Source: Klebsormidium nitens | Taxonomy: Eukaryota; Plantae; Klebsormidiophyceae | Reading direction: 5' to 3' | Assembly: GCA_000708835.1 (NCBI GenBank) | Contig: DF236988.1 | Span: 186,001-250,000, forward strand | Length of the DNA stretch: 64,000 nt | In this document: one piece after another, positions 37,259 through 50,300 of the stretch | How the letters are laid out: each line of letters opens with the position of its first letter | Numbering within the stretch: the first letter of the stretch is position 1 | Made by a program: the position numbers and the translations under genes | The notes under the pieces: model-generated | The model's input: only the letters and a program-made list of their open reading frames with translations | Told to the model about the DNA's origin: nothing | Database searches by the model: none

Positions 37259-39139
37259 ATGTTCCGCAATCAGTATGACACGGACGTCACCACATGGAGC
37301 CCTGCGGGGCGGCTCCACCAGATTGAGTACGCGATGGAGGCCGTCAAGCAGGGCAGCGCCGCAATTGGCCTGAGAAGCAGCACGCACGTGGTGCTCGGGA
37401 CGCTGCTGCGCGCGGCCTCAGAACTGAGCTCCTACCAGAGGAAGGTCTTCAAAATTGACGACCACATGGGGATCGCAATTGCTGGATTGAACGCGGATGG
37501 ACGGGTGCTGTCAAGATATATGCGGAATGAGTGCATCAACCATAACTTCGTGTTCGAGTCGCCGATGCCGGTCGGTCGGCTGGTGACTCAGGTAGCGGAC
37601 AAGAGCCAGGTGTCGACGCAGAGAGCCTCTGCGAGGCCATATGGGGTGGGGCTGCTGGTGGCGGGGTATGATGAGTCTGGCCCGCACCTGTACAACACGG
37701 ATCCCTCTGGCAACTACTTTGAGTACTATGCGATGGCAATTGGTGCGCGGTCGCAAGCCGCCAAGACGTACCTGGAGAGGAAGTTTGAGGGGTTCAAGGA
37801 GGCGAGCCTGGACGAACTGGTGAAGCACGCGCTGTTTGCAGTGAAAGAGTCGCTACAGGTGCGTGATTGTGTTTGATTCCTTGTTTCAGTTGGCAGATTG
37901 TGCTTGTTTGCGAATGCGCTTTGCTTGAAATAGGGGAACTATAAGCTGGCGCGGCAACGTCGTGTACCATCTGCCTCTGATTCTTTTGGGCGAAGCGAGT
38001 AACTTGCAAGGACTTCAGGGCGCCTTTGCTGATGCTATTGTTTTCCTCTTCCTCAATCAAAAGCTAGTTCTTTCCGAACCCTAGTTCCTGCCATGTTCCC
38101 CCCTTGCTTTTGGTGGTTGAGGAGTCGCTTGCAGAGGTTGATTGGGGATGCATTGATCCTTCTTAAGATTATGCAAGTTACCTGTAAATTGCAGTAAGAA
38201 AGCTGGCAGAAAGTTACAATGAAGGAGAGGTTGGCTGGTCTACTGACTTTTCTTTCAAGGAATTAGGAAGCTACACTGCTGAAATTCAGTCAGACTGGTG
38301 GTAAGATATGTAGAGAGTTTCTAAAGAGAACAGAGCATTCATTTGTCTCCCTGGATTCTTTTTGATGCCAGAGTGGAGAACCGAAGCTCAGGAATGGCAA
38401 TTCGTCTTCTTTCTGAATCAATTGCATAAGTTTCTGCTAATAACCACTGATACAGTTTCTTACTGGTTGCATCTCGCAGTTCAAGTATCCATGCACTTTT
38501 TAAAGAAGCTGTGTACTCATTTACTCGGGCTTTGGGTTGTGCAGTGCTCACCTCAGGCTCCTGGCTAGGTCAATCTGGAAGTAGGGCTCTTGTACACGCT
38601 TCCCAAGACAATCTGCGAACTTCTTGACCCCCCTCCAGATTCGCTTGAAACATAAAGTCAGGTCAAGTTTGACGGATGGCCTCTTACTGGCGCTGGATCA
38701 TAAACAGATCTGAGCATCGGGTTCTTAAGACGAAGTGCACTTCGAGGTATTAATCTCCCTTTTTCTGCTTCAGATGGATGCTTTGATGCGGATTCTGAAA
38801 AGCCGCTGAAATTTCTCCTCCCAAAATCTGCATTGGTCTCTTAGAAACGACCACTGATACATAAGGACAGGAGACAACTCTTAGCTTACTCAAATTGCGG
38901 TATCCACACAGGAGGGAGAGCTTACGAGTAAAAACTGCAGCGTCGCAATCGTGGGGAAGGACACTCCGTTCAAGATCCTCAGCTTGGAGGAGCTGCAAAC
39001 CTACATTGGGCAGCTAGACGCCGCCGATGCTCCCACGGAAGCGATGGACGCAGGGGATAAGCCGGCTGATGGCGAGGGGGGCGATGCTGCTGACGCAACA
39101 GAGGGGGGGGATGCTGCAGACCCAATGGAGACCACGTGA
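37259..39139 (+). CDS. PSMA1: 20S proteasome subunit alpha-6 (alpha type-1; plant PAF), 2 exons, 275 aa
   Basis: Exon 37259-37858 begins [33 protein letters not shown] (proteasome alpha N-terminal signature). Exon 38912-39139 [20 protein letters not shown]... ends in an acidic tail. Confidence 0.96.
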
Positions 39140-40211
39140 AGACGGAGATGAGATGACGCAGGTGAGTTTTGAGACCCGAGCTTTTGCCTGGCATTTGTAA
39201 GAACCTGGTCTCTCTGCTGGTGGCTACTTTTAGCGCAAGCATGCATATGCGGAAAGGGAGATTGCTCTGCTTGTTTGCTTCTGCCGAGGCGGCTGATGCG
39301 GAAGTGGAGGCTTCTTTTCCCCCAGATTAGTTGCTGTTTTGCAATTCAGATTCCGTGCAGACTTTTAATAGTGTGTGTTGACTTTGTTCGGCTTCCCGTT
39401 ACAGGATATACTCCGGCAGTGAATTAAGTTGGTCTTGAAGAGGTCCGACTAGTAAGATGCAATGTAAGATGGACGACATCTGGGAGCTAGGTCAAAAAAT
39501 TGTCAAAATATGTTCGATTGTACTTGCTCGCGCATCTTGCAACTTGAGACACTTTGCCCCAGGGACTACCAAGATTTTTTGAGAATCAGTACGGTTTGTT
39601 GGATATCGAAGTTTGTCCGTGACTGGTAACCCCTTAAGCAAGAGGACGGTGCGCCATGAGCTACCAATGTGGCCTTCAAGGCAAAGACAGATTATGCAGG
39701 AGGCTCCGCCTTGGTCAAACACGATCTACTGATGCATGGCGTATTTGAAAAACCCGAGCATTGGGCAGGCCCCTCAACAGTGTGGAAGGTCGGTGTACAT
39801 GCTTCCCTAAGCCATGCATCTATATGAACGTACAGAAACGCAGCTTTATGCAAGCATACTGTTGCGCAGAAGTCAAGCTTGATTAAAATGCAACAGTATG
39901 CTGTTGTGACATGGACTAGTCCATTCACATTTCGGTTTACACAATTCGGTTGGACCATGTAAGTGTTGTTTCACTAAGACGCCAGTATACCGATGCACTT
40001 GAATGCATGCTGTAATGATACCGGTGCGTGCCGCGCGTGTTTAATCGTGAGCATTAGTATAGTGACATTGGGAGATATAGTACCAATGCGCTACATTATC
40101 GTCCGGACCGCGTCAATCTCTGGCAAAAGCTTAGTTGATTGCCAGTACATGTGTTGCACACAAATGCATTAGTATGCACATACTGATTGACCGTGCGCGC
40201 TTCAGTCCATC

Positions 40212-40752
40212 NNNNNNNNNNNNNNNNNNNNNNNNNNNNNNNNNNNNNNNNNNNNNNNNNNNNNNNNNNNNNNNNNNNNNNNNNNNNNNNNNNNNNNNNN
40301 NNNNNNNNNNNNNNNNNNNNNNNNNNNNNNNNNNNNNNNNNNNNNNNNNNNNNNNNNNNNNNNNNNNNNNNNNNNNNNNNNNNNNNNNNNNNNNNNNNNN
40401 NNNNNNNNNNNNNNNNNNNNNNNNNNNNNNNNNNNNNNNNNNNNNNNNNNNNNNNNNNNNNNNNNNNNNNNNNNNNNNNNNNNNNNNNNNNNNNNNNNNN
40501 NNNNNNNNNNNNNNNNNNNNNNNNNNNNNNNNNNNNNNNNNNNNNNNNNNNNNNNNNNNNNNNNNNNNNNNNNNNNNNNNNNNNNNNNNNNNNNNNNNNN
40601 NNNNNNNNNNNNNNNNNNNNNNNNNNNNNNNNNNNNNNNNNNNNNNNNNNNNNNNNNNNNNNNNNNNNNNNNNNNNNNNNNNNNNNNNNNNNNNNNNNNN
40701 NNNNNNNNNNNNNNNNNNNNNNNNNNNNNNNNNNNNNNNNNNNNNNNNNNNN
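40212..40752. other. Assembly gap (541 N)
   Basis: Run of N; ORF-track entries spanning it are artefacts. Confidence 1.
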
Positions 40753-41030
40753 ATATATCAGGCCGGCTGCTCGGGGGCAGCAGCGCGCGTGCGCTTGTAT
40801 GCACTAGACCGTCGAGACGGTTGGTTGAATTTATGCATGAACTTGAAGCCATTGGTCAAACACAATCATCCGTACCTTATTCAGATTGGTCAAGACCCCA
40901 AAAAGTGTGCGAGCCAAACGTTTGAACAATCTGTACACGAAACATTGACAGAACAATCAACTCTGGATTGTTGACAGATTCAAAGAGCGTCTCTCCGTTG
41001 TGCAAAGACGAAGTACCGGGATGAACATGC

Positions 41031-43488
41031 TCAAATGAAGAACTTGACTCCCGTGTCATCTGCTGATGAACCCTTGAACATCTGAGCTTTTCCTCGCGCT
41101 TCCAAAAGCCTCACGGCCCTTTCCAGGATTATCATCTCTAGATTCTCCAAATCTGCAGACGCAAAGCGAAGTATGATATTAGTCGCCTCTGTGGAAAGAT
41201 AACGTACTTTAGAGGAAGAGATCCCAAAAACTTACTGGATCCAAAGTTCAGTTAAAAAACGGATGCAGAACAACAGCTGCTCTATTCCCCGCCCAACGAG
41301 ATAGCTGCATTAGTCACGAACACTGAACGCTACTATGTACATTAGATTCGGTCACCCGATTCCCCCAACGTCTTGTGACAACATAGCGGAATCTTTTTGT
41401 CACCTTGCGAATCAGGTGAAATCTTCTTCCGTCCACCCCTGAAACGAGCAAGAAACCATCGTACTGACCTGTCCCTCGTGCTTCGTCCCCTGTTCGCATC
41501 TCGTCCAAGGTGACTACTCCGTTCTCCAACGCGTTCTCTTGCACCTGGGAGTTTGAACGAAACATATCCCTAGAGACTCTTGTTTAAAACTTGCGTAGGC
41601 GCAGGAAGAAGTTCCAAAATATGCATGGGTCTCATCAAAACTTACCAACGGAAATCTGCTGTATCGAATTAACAATTCTGCCAGGAACCTCATCCGGTTC
41701 GGACAGCTGCTGATGATATCCGGTGCAAGTGCAAGTAAGCAGGGGCATGACGACTTGAATAAGAGTAGATTGCGTGTGGGCGAAAAGCCTAAATCGGGAG
41801 ACAGGGTTTTTTCTCAATTTCGTGAAGTACAGCGGTTGATAAGAGGGATTGAACCAGGAATTGCCCCCTCTGATCGTATCAAGATCATTGAAACGCAACG
41901 GAGATCAATACAACTATTTGCTATGCAATCCTGGGACTACACAACAACCAGAGACTACGTAAATTCACCCATGAGATGATCAGATCTGCCCAGTCTTCTA
42001 TCCGCCTCCACAGGAGGAGGCACTTTCGATGGTCCTTCCCTAGCCACTCAGCCCGACCTGCAAAGCAAAGTTCGGCAGAAATGAAACGCCAGATACCTTA
42101 TTGGAGCTCAGTACTGATGTTCCATAGGCTTTGCGGAAAGAGAGGATACGAAGGGCAGCCTAAGCCACGAATATTGTAACAGCAAGAGCGTTGGGGATAG
42201 ATAATTTTGCGAGGCCATCCAAATCCATTTTTAAGAATAGGACCGACCAGCACTCCCTTCCAGAAATGAAAAGCACAACATGACCAGGTGGCGAGGACCC
42301 ACCTTCCATTACAAGGGCGTTCAGAAATAGCTCTCGGGCCTCGTTTGTCAGCTTTCCTGCAAGCTTGCGAATGTGTCTCTCAATTGACTGACAAATTTCT
42401 GAAAGTCAAGCAACTACATGTCCAGGATGATAAAGCAGCCAGAAGCAGACAAAAAGTGAAGCTGATAGGGAACGCTTTGCCCAACATTGCAGACCGCAAA
42501 GCATCGGTGTCAAGTCAGACATCATGGACAGATCACATCTGCAATCGCTAGGAGGAAATTCTATCGCAAGCAGACTCTCGATCAGGCTCACTTTCTATTG
42601 ACTTGTTTGCAAACAGGGGAAAGTCGTCAACGTCGACGATGTACATGCCGTAGTGCTTGCAGAAGCTCAGAATGAGTTCCTTCCACAGCTGGATCTGCTT
42701 CTCCCTGGTATCTCGAACAGGCTGTAACCTGCGACATAAATATAGTACACATCAGTTGCGGAGAGAATTGCGAAATCGTCACCTCAATTCGATTGCGCAC
42801 TTTAGTACGCGCTAGCTCATCCAGATAGAAGTACTAGAGCATGGGCAAGGTTAGATCCTGTGTTGATCGTACTTTCAGATGCCCGTCCAAACGACATCAA
42901 AGCCCGCACGCTTTCCATGGTCATTGGCCCACCATCCGACGCATGACATGCAACAGGTCGTATTCATTCTATGATCTATTCAATGATCAAGGCGAAGCCG
43001 CTTCTATTGAAATCCTTGATAAAATATAATTGCAGACTAATCATTCCGTTTTTCCATGAACTGATTGCATCTGTTGAGCCCAGAAAGTCAAAACAGACCT
43101 TGATAGGGGGTGTAAATGCTTTCAACATGCTCCCTTTTATAACCTACTAACACACCTTGATCTGAAGAAACAGAATGGTTGGCACTTCCCTCGTCTGCCA
43201 GAAGAAACATCAGCCAGCAATTATCTCAGAGAAATGGATGCAGCAGACATGTCAGCATTCAACAAAGACAATTCCAATTCTGCCAGAGGGTCAATAAGCT
43301 TAGAACGGGGCAACATTTTAACGTCACTTCAAATCACAGGGCAAGAAAACCCTTCAAACTGGTCACTTAGACAACAAACCAGATATCCTGATTGGAGAGA
43401 CTCAAACGACGTCCTTAAAAGAAACTCACGTGAAGTAGGGTCGATAGTTGTAGAAGTAAGGAAGCTCAAATGCCGGCTTTGGCGCCAT
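41031..43488 (-). CDS. VPS25: ESCRT-II subunit VPS25, 6 short exons, 178 aa (almost invisible in the ORF track)
   Basis: Exons 43488-43430, 42728-42592, 42356-42303, 42057-41969, 41544-41469, 41152-41031; all GT-AG with matching phases, sum 537 nt. Protein MAPKPAFELPYFYNYRPYFTLQPVRDTREKQIQLWKELI...FPLFANKSIERKLTNEAR...GRAEWLGKDHRKCLLLWRRIEDWAD...FKGSSADDTGVKFFI. Confidence 0.93.
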
Positions 43489-44347
43489 GCTGCTTGCAGG
43501 TGGACAAAGACACACCCGGTTCCCTCCAATTGAGCGGACAGGGGGCGGACGCCTAATCGCAAACACTTCTTTCTTCAGGGACGCAAGCTTTGCTATCACT
43601 TACAACAAAGCTTTTGGACTCAGCTGGTCACCTCACAAACGAAGCAAACCCGCCTTGTAGTATACGCCTTCGCTCCTCCAGAGTTCTCCTCAAACAACAC
43701 CCTCTGCTTCAAACGAGGTCCTTGTACAAGTAGGTAGATAGGTAGAAGCAGGTGGAACCAGGTCGTCACACAAGGAGGTGAATTTCTGAAAAACAATGAA
43801 TGAAATTCTGAGCAGCCTGAGCTTTGCAAGTATACATGACTCTGAGCAGAGTCCACAATATATTTCAGGTCGTTTTTGGCCACCTATTAGTATAAGCTGT
43901 TAGTAGCACTCTGGGGCCTGGACTCCATTTTGATTGTTTGACCGCAAGAATGCCCTTTTTCTCAGACTTCAGTCACGAGAAGTACTCCAACAGATTAGCA
44001 ATGTCTCCACATTCGCTTCAAGCGCCCGTATGATCGAATTCCATGCCCTCATATAAGGAACCATGAGATCCTTTAAAGAAGGTTTTGACCTGATCCTTCA
44101 CAATATCAGGACTGAGATGCATGCAGCGTGATGAGAGATGGTCATTTCCAACGCAGTGAATCCAATGCATTGGTGGTAGGGCGTGGTGGTGCGACTTTGT
44201 GGAGGTTGTCTAGGATAGAAGGACACTGCGTGATTTGTGCAATTGACAGCAATACAAAGGCTGTATGGGGGTGCAAATCCCGTCAATGACTTACATTGCA
44301 AAGTGATTCAGGCCTGGAAGAAATGGCAGAAGTTATGGAGGAAGGCA

Positions 44348-47300
44348 ATGCTGTCCTCCTTGACATCATCATTGGACGAGCAGCCCGTGCAAGGGGAGGG
44401 GGCCAACCAAATGCAACGTAAGCATGACGACTCAAAAGGTGCCGTTGAGCATCATATTCAGCTCCACCTGCCTCTTGTAGAGTGGTGCCAATGATTCATT
44501 CCCCCTTGAGGGGAGCCCTATGACTACAGCTCTTCTTGCAAACTGACATTCAGAGCCCCTTTTGAGGCAATCAACGTTGATAACTGATAAGGTCACGGCT
44601 ACTAATTCAAACAAAAGAAGTGCTAGAGCAATTCCTGAGGCAACCTTAACCCGACAAACCTAACCGTCAGTCTGCAGTGAGCGCTGGGCGCCGCTTTGTT
44701 GCTGAACTAAGCAACTCTCATCTGGCCTGCAGCCTTGCCTGGTGTGAGCGCACCAACTTGATCGCTGCTGCGGGCAGCTGGGAGGACAGTAGCAAGCAAA
44801 AGAAGCCAGCAAGGTAGGCTGTTGGAAGCAGAAGAGAGTTTTGACCAGCTTTATTCTGCTTGCAATACGGCCTGGTCTGAATCAGTCCACAATCAGGAGG
44901 GTTAGGATTGTTGACAACGTGAGGGCTGATAAATGTTCCCCTCTAGGATTCTGGGGGGCGAATCTTCCCTCATAGTATTGTGAAACATTGTGATTGAAAG
45001 GTCAGTCTCAGACTGAAACCCCTTTTTCAGCGCTCAAACCCGTGGGTCAATCTGCATCAAGTCTTGATGGTGCGGTTGTCCTTGGTCATATCGGTTTCTG
45101 TTGGCCTAGTGGCTAGGGCCGTCTTTTACGTGGTACAGGATCTCGTCGCAAACAGAAATAGATTGGACCTCGCAAGGCAGGTTTCTTTCAAAGAACAGGG
45201 CACACTTATGAAAGGCATGCGGGCCTGATGGCTGGTTCCAAGGGCCCTGAAAAGCAGGACAAGAAGGAGTACAGGCTCGTGAGCTACATGTATCCCCGCC
45301 TTTCTCCGTCTTGCAGTGACTCACAGGACCCACACACCCAGCTGCGCATTCACATCATCGACCCCGAGGCCCCCGCCACTCATGCCATCGTCAGTGAGAA
45401 CGCCCCCCCCTCCAGCGGTCCCATCTGCCAGCTCGACTGGTCTCCCGCGGGGTGCTCCCCCGCGCTCCTGTGTGTCCAGTCAGAAGGCGCCTGTACTGTA
45501 CTGACGCCGCCCGCGTATGCTCCGCAAACCATCGATGCTTGGAGGCCCGCGACGCAGTGGTCGGACCAGGAGGCCCTGCGGCTGGCAAAGTGGCTGCAGC
45601 CGCCTTCGCCGGTGAGGCTGCGATTTGCAAAGTCGTTGGCCACAGGGCCCTTTGTTCTGAGACATGGTTGTTTCAGGTCATTGATTTGGGGAGTCTGACC
45701 GTTAGTTTGACCGTCATTTTCGACTTACATGAAGGTTTGGACCGGATTTTTGGATGCGCTATCCGATTGGGTGGACCAGATACCTAGCGTCACTTGTGAG
45801 CACTTTTCTTACGGAGTAAAACGTTGTGTTGCAGACAGCCCCTTTCCTCTCTTCATGCTGGGTGGAATCGCTTCAGCTAACGACAGTCTCCAGGGGCAGC
45901 CTTCGTTGGCATCAAAGTGGCACACAATTTCAACGTCTGAGAAGTTTCTCACAAGATGAAGTTTCTTCGACAACATCAAGGTCAAGCCCCTGACGACGTT
46001 ACAACCCACACTTCAGCTCATATACAACCTCCTGACAAAGCGCGTCGTATGGATATTAGTTAACCAAGTAAGAGCCGTTGCTTTCGTCTTACTGACGTCC
46101 TCTCAACGAACCATAATTTGATTGATCTGTAATCCCAACCTGAACTCAAGCCGTTCGCTTCCTTCTTGTGCAGTACTCGTGGCCGGCGACGAGCAGCTCT
46201 GGGCCATACGAGGAGCGCTTCATGGCTTCTTCCCCCGCGCCCTTACCCCGGTGGCCCCGCTCCGGCTTCTCATGCCTCGTCACGCTTACGCAATCCGGCT
46301 CAGCAAAGCTTCACTACCAGACGTTCGGGCGGGACCCCCAGACCGGCCAAGTCGCCTGGAAAAGCACCAACAGTGTGCTCCTTGCGTGCGGAGGGGAAAG
46401 TCTGGTGGCGGATGCGACCGTTACAAGTAAGTCTTTCAAGGAATGGAATTGTAACCTTTAGGAAACTTATGATGAGATTGTGGTTCGGTCGACCTAGCCT
46501 ACCATGCAACAAAGCAATGGTTCGCCGCTACGGCTGCAGTACAGTACAGAATGTGGAGAGGGAGAAGGGGATGATCAATGCCTCCTTGGTCCGCTACTTC
46601 GGGTAGAAGAAGCGGCCAGCCCGTGCGAGACTACATCTTTGCTTGATCCAAGGGCATCCGCACATCTTTTGCCTGGTCGTGATGATCGCACGGCAAGCCA
46701 TGCTTCCGCCTCGAAAGGTTCTCATTTATTGGAGCAATCTCACGCCTAGGTCCTCCGGTTCAGTGGCTACATCCTTCTTAGCCTCGTTAGTCGCCAGCTG
46801 GCAATGCAAGCTCTGGGTCTCTGAGACGGCAGATAGAGTCACACGGCGGATAGGCAGACGGCGGGTAGACTTACACACGGCAAATGATTTTACACACACC
46901 GTTTTCAATGCAGCGGCTGGGTCCGTTCTCATCGCTCTAGTTCCCACCAGCCAGCCCTCGACAGTGGTCCTCTGGGAGCTCCTCCCTCAAAACGCGCACA
47001 CCCAACCTCCCCCTCCCTCGACCGGTACCAGTAGCTTATCCCCCCTCATCGCCACTCTTCTCCGACCCCCCCGCCCGAATGAGTCCAAACCGGAACCCCC
47101 CCTCTCCGCAACCATCGTCTCCAGTTTCTCAGTTGAGGAAGGCGGGGGCCATACGCGGAGAATCGCCGGGTTGGCTTTTGAGAGGGGCACCGGCGGGGAG
47201 GGGCTGGTCGTACTGACCGCGGGGGTGGACGGGGACGACTTGGCTTCCCTCGAGAGGTGGCGCAGCTCTGCGGAACCTCTAGAGGTTCACGAGGTGTTCC

Positions 47301-50300
47301 GGAGTGGAAAGGACGTAAAGGAGGGCCAGGAGAGCGTGGTGAAGTGGAGCCGGACGGCCGCGCTGGAGCTTCCAATGGGAGGGGGAGCGGTTTTGGGGGA
47401 GGTCGGGCTTCGGTTTTCGACGACCGGAGACCAGCTGGCGATTCGCGTTGCAGGACGGACGCATCTGTTCCATTTCAGGTGGGCTTGCGATCTCATTTTC
47501 AGTCTCTCAGCGGCCCTTTCAACTCTTTAGCGATGCTAAAGAAAAGATTGGGACGTTTTCGATTCCAATTTTATCAACTCGTCTGTTGATGAAACGTGGC
47601 TTCATAGAACCACGGATCAGTTTACGCTTCCTCTCCGTATCTATGACGGGTTGTGTTTCGTTGAGCCCTTGGAGGCTCCAGATCATATCCAGGCGGGAGA
47701 TGTTGAGATTGAAGCCGTTCGACCGATGGCCAGCCTCGGATCCTGTTTATCGGGCGGCCACAACCCCAAAGATCTCAACCGGACTACTGCTGCAGGCGAT
47801 TGCCCCTCAAAGCCAATCATTCTTCGTTGCGAACAAAGTTCTGAACCAAGATCTAGTGTGTCCCTTGCCCAGGCCTGACTTCACCCTCGAAAATCTGCCC
47901 ACCCCCCACCTCGACACCCCAGTCGCCGTTTTCTCCCCGACCGGTTCGTGTGTCGCGGGGCTCTTTGTGGGGGCCCCGGAAGAGCGTGGTCTGGTCAGTG
48001 TCGGTATTCTCGCCGCCTTGCCTTGGGACGGTCGGGAGAGAGCCCCTGGGGACCAGAAGACGACGGACGGGTGGGATTTGGCGCTTTCGCAAAGGTGCGG
48101 ATTCTTGTGGGTGTTTAGGGCGGGGCGCGATCATGATATCGGGGTTTCCTTTTTGCAAATCGAGCGCTTCTGATTGAGCTCCAGGCAACTTGCAGATTGA
48201 CAACCTGTACTCTTGCTCCTTCGAGAAAGGGTTTGAGTCTATTCGGAAAGGAGACGAGCAGGCACAAAGGCCTGGTCAAGTGTGCTCATCCTGAGCGAAT
48301 TGCGCGGATGACGGCCGCTTGCGGCTTCTTCATTCCGTTCCTCACCACATGATACTCAAAGTTGGTCTGTCCGAACCCTCCGTGAGCTTGCAAATTTCTC
48401 TGGCCTTGTCTCTGGTGTTTCGTTTGCCAAGATTCTAAGCTTCACAGCGTTTTGTTTGCCAGGTGTCTGTGGGGCTTCGTCACGTCCCGGTTTGCTTGGG
48501 ACGTCGTCCCGGTCGCGCGGAAGGGCCCGGGGAGCATCGCCGGCCTCGGCGGCCAGGTGGACCGCCAGCTGCATGCCATGCCAGGGGAGCGGCTCCGGAA
48601 GGACTACGCCAGGGTAAGCGCTGCTTAGTTTCTTGGTTGTCACTCTGGTATCTCTCATTTCACGTAAGATAGGCGCTTGGGAGACGGTTGAGGTTAAGTT
48701 GGATGCTTAGGATGGGTTTGGGTGCGGACTGCATGAGGTTTTGGATCAAGGGTTTCGTGTATGTACCCGCGAAACTCGAAACGCGTCTTAAGTGGAATGA
48801 GAGTCGCACCCCATGCCCAGGGTTCGGCTAGAAGAAGGGCTATGCCATGGCAGGCACTGCTTCATCAACTTTTGATTGGATGATGATGAACTGCATGCCT
48901 GTTGAGGTCACTCTACCGGGCAAAGGCAACCACAGCCCCCCGTTACCAGACATTGACTCGCTTCGCATCTGAAGCCACCCTGATTCTCGCTAACTCTACC
49001 CATTCCCCGCACTTGACGTTATTCTTTATTAGAGGGGAAGTTCTTTGCTTTCACCGTTCCTGGGCAACTATGTCGCCGCCAGCGTCGTTAACGATCGTTT
49101 GCCACACGAGGCCAAGACTTGCGATTTACTACTCAAGGGGAAAATGTAGGATTGCAGTCGTAATGCGTGGCTCAGATCTCTAATTAAACATGAGGGTGAT
49201 CATGCGGCCCTTTGCGCCAGCCATCCGTGCTGGCAGCAAGCTCATCCCGCTGTCTCACGAATCCTTGAGAGCTCTTGGGGCTGGCAGAACGCCTAATTCT
49301 TTGTTGCTTCCCGTCTGAAGCCTCTCGTTCGACTTGACGCTTGCAGCTGCTTATTTTCTGACTTATTTTATGATTTTCCAAAAGACCGTTAATCTGATCC
49401 CTCCGATGGTGGAACGAGGGTTCATTCTCGTCGTTGATTGATGCTTGCTACTGGAGGGTGCGGAGCTGCCTGCATAATCTCGGGCTCCTGTCAGGCATGT
49501 TTTGAGTCGTCACAGCTCAGAACTGAGATTCTGATACAATTCTTCTTTCACTAACGAATGGAAGAGCTGGTGCAGATAGCTGGAGATATGTTTAGCATGT
49601 CTCCTCTTAACGATCTCAATCACTGGATTTCGGCTCGTAAATGGCAAGGCGAAAGCTGGCAATGATTGCTCAAAACGACGCCAACTGGGCAGGCATGTTC
49701 CTGTCAAAACCTGATGCCAGCCTTTCTAGGCGTGTGTATCTCTGTTCAATTTTTATTTTTGGACTTTGAAAATGCTCCATAGTCCTAGAATGAAGGAGAA
49801 GTCACGCAATTAGAAAAAACCCGCAGTCATTCAAACCACCCTCAGCCATCCAGACTCTTGCTGCAAAGCTTACGCGTGTTGACGACTGCAAGATGCAGGA
49901 ACAGATTACTGTCCGCGGTTGTCGTCAAAGGTAGGAAAGGGAGCTTAAGGTTTTCGGTGTGTCACGTGGGGCCCTGATACACAGGAACGGGTTGAGCCGC
50001 ATGCCTAACAACAAGCAAATTCTGCGCAGAATTGGCTTTGACCTTCACTCGTTGCTCGTTGTGGTGGGCCTCAAGCGATTTTCGTACCTTTCAGTTACCA
50101 TCCTGCTGTGCTTCGGTAGGTGGTCGTTGAGCTTGCTTCGTGGGTAGCACTTCACCCTTTTGCGGCAAGGATGACGTGGAAGCATGACCAGATGGTCAGA
50201 CATTTCCTCCTTCGAACGCCGCTTTTTTGTGTCGTTACTGGTGTCTGAAAGCGTCGTGACATAAGCTCTGAATACTTGCGGGGCTATTCAAGTGTCTCAC

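Noticed and set aside
38105-38145. Possible donor echo of PSMA1 exon 1 (gaggagtcgcttgcag...gattg)
   Set aside because: Similarity too weak to distinguish from chance without an alignment test.
40135-40974. Long ORFs of 206-279 aa in the ORF track
   Set aside because: They span the N gap and consist mostly of X residues.
42592-42660. YIVDVDD resembling a reverse-transcriptase YxDD motif
   Set aside because: Lies within VPS25 exon 2, whose flanking sequence matches VPS25 with correct splice phases.
42085-43405. ~20-bp similarity (ccagata..cct.attggag) between VPS25 introns 1 and 3
   Set aside because: Too short and gapped to support a shared element.
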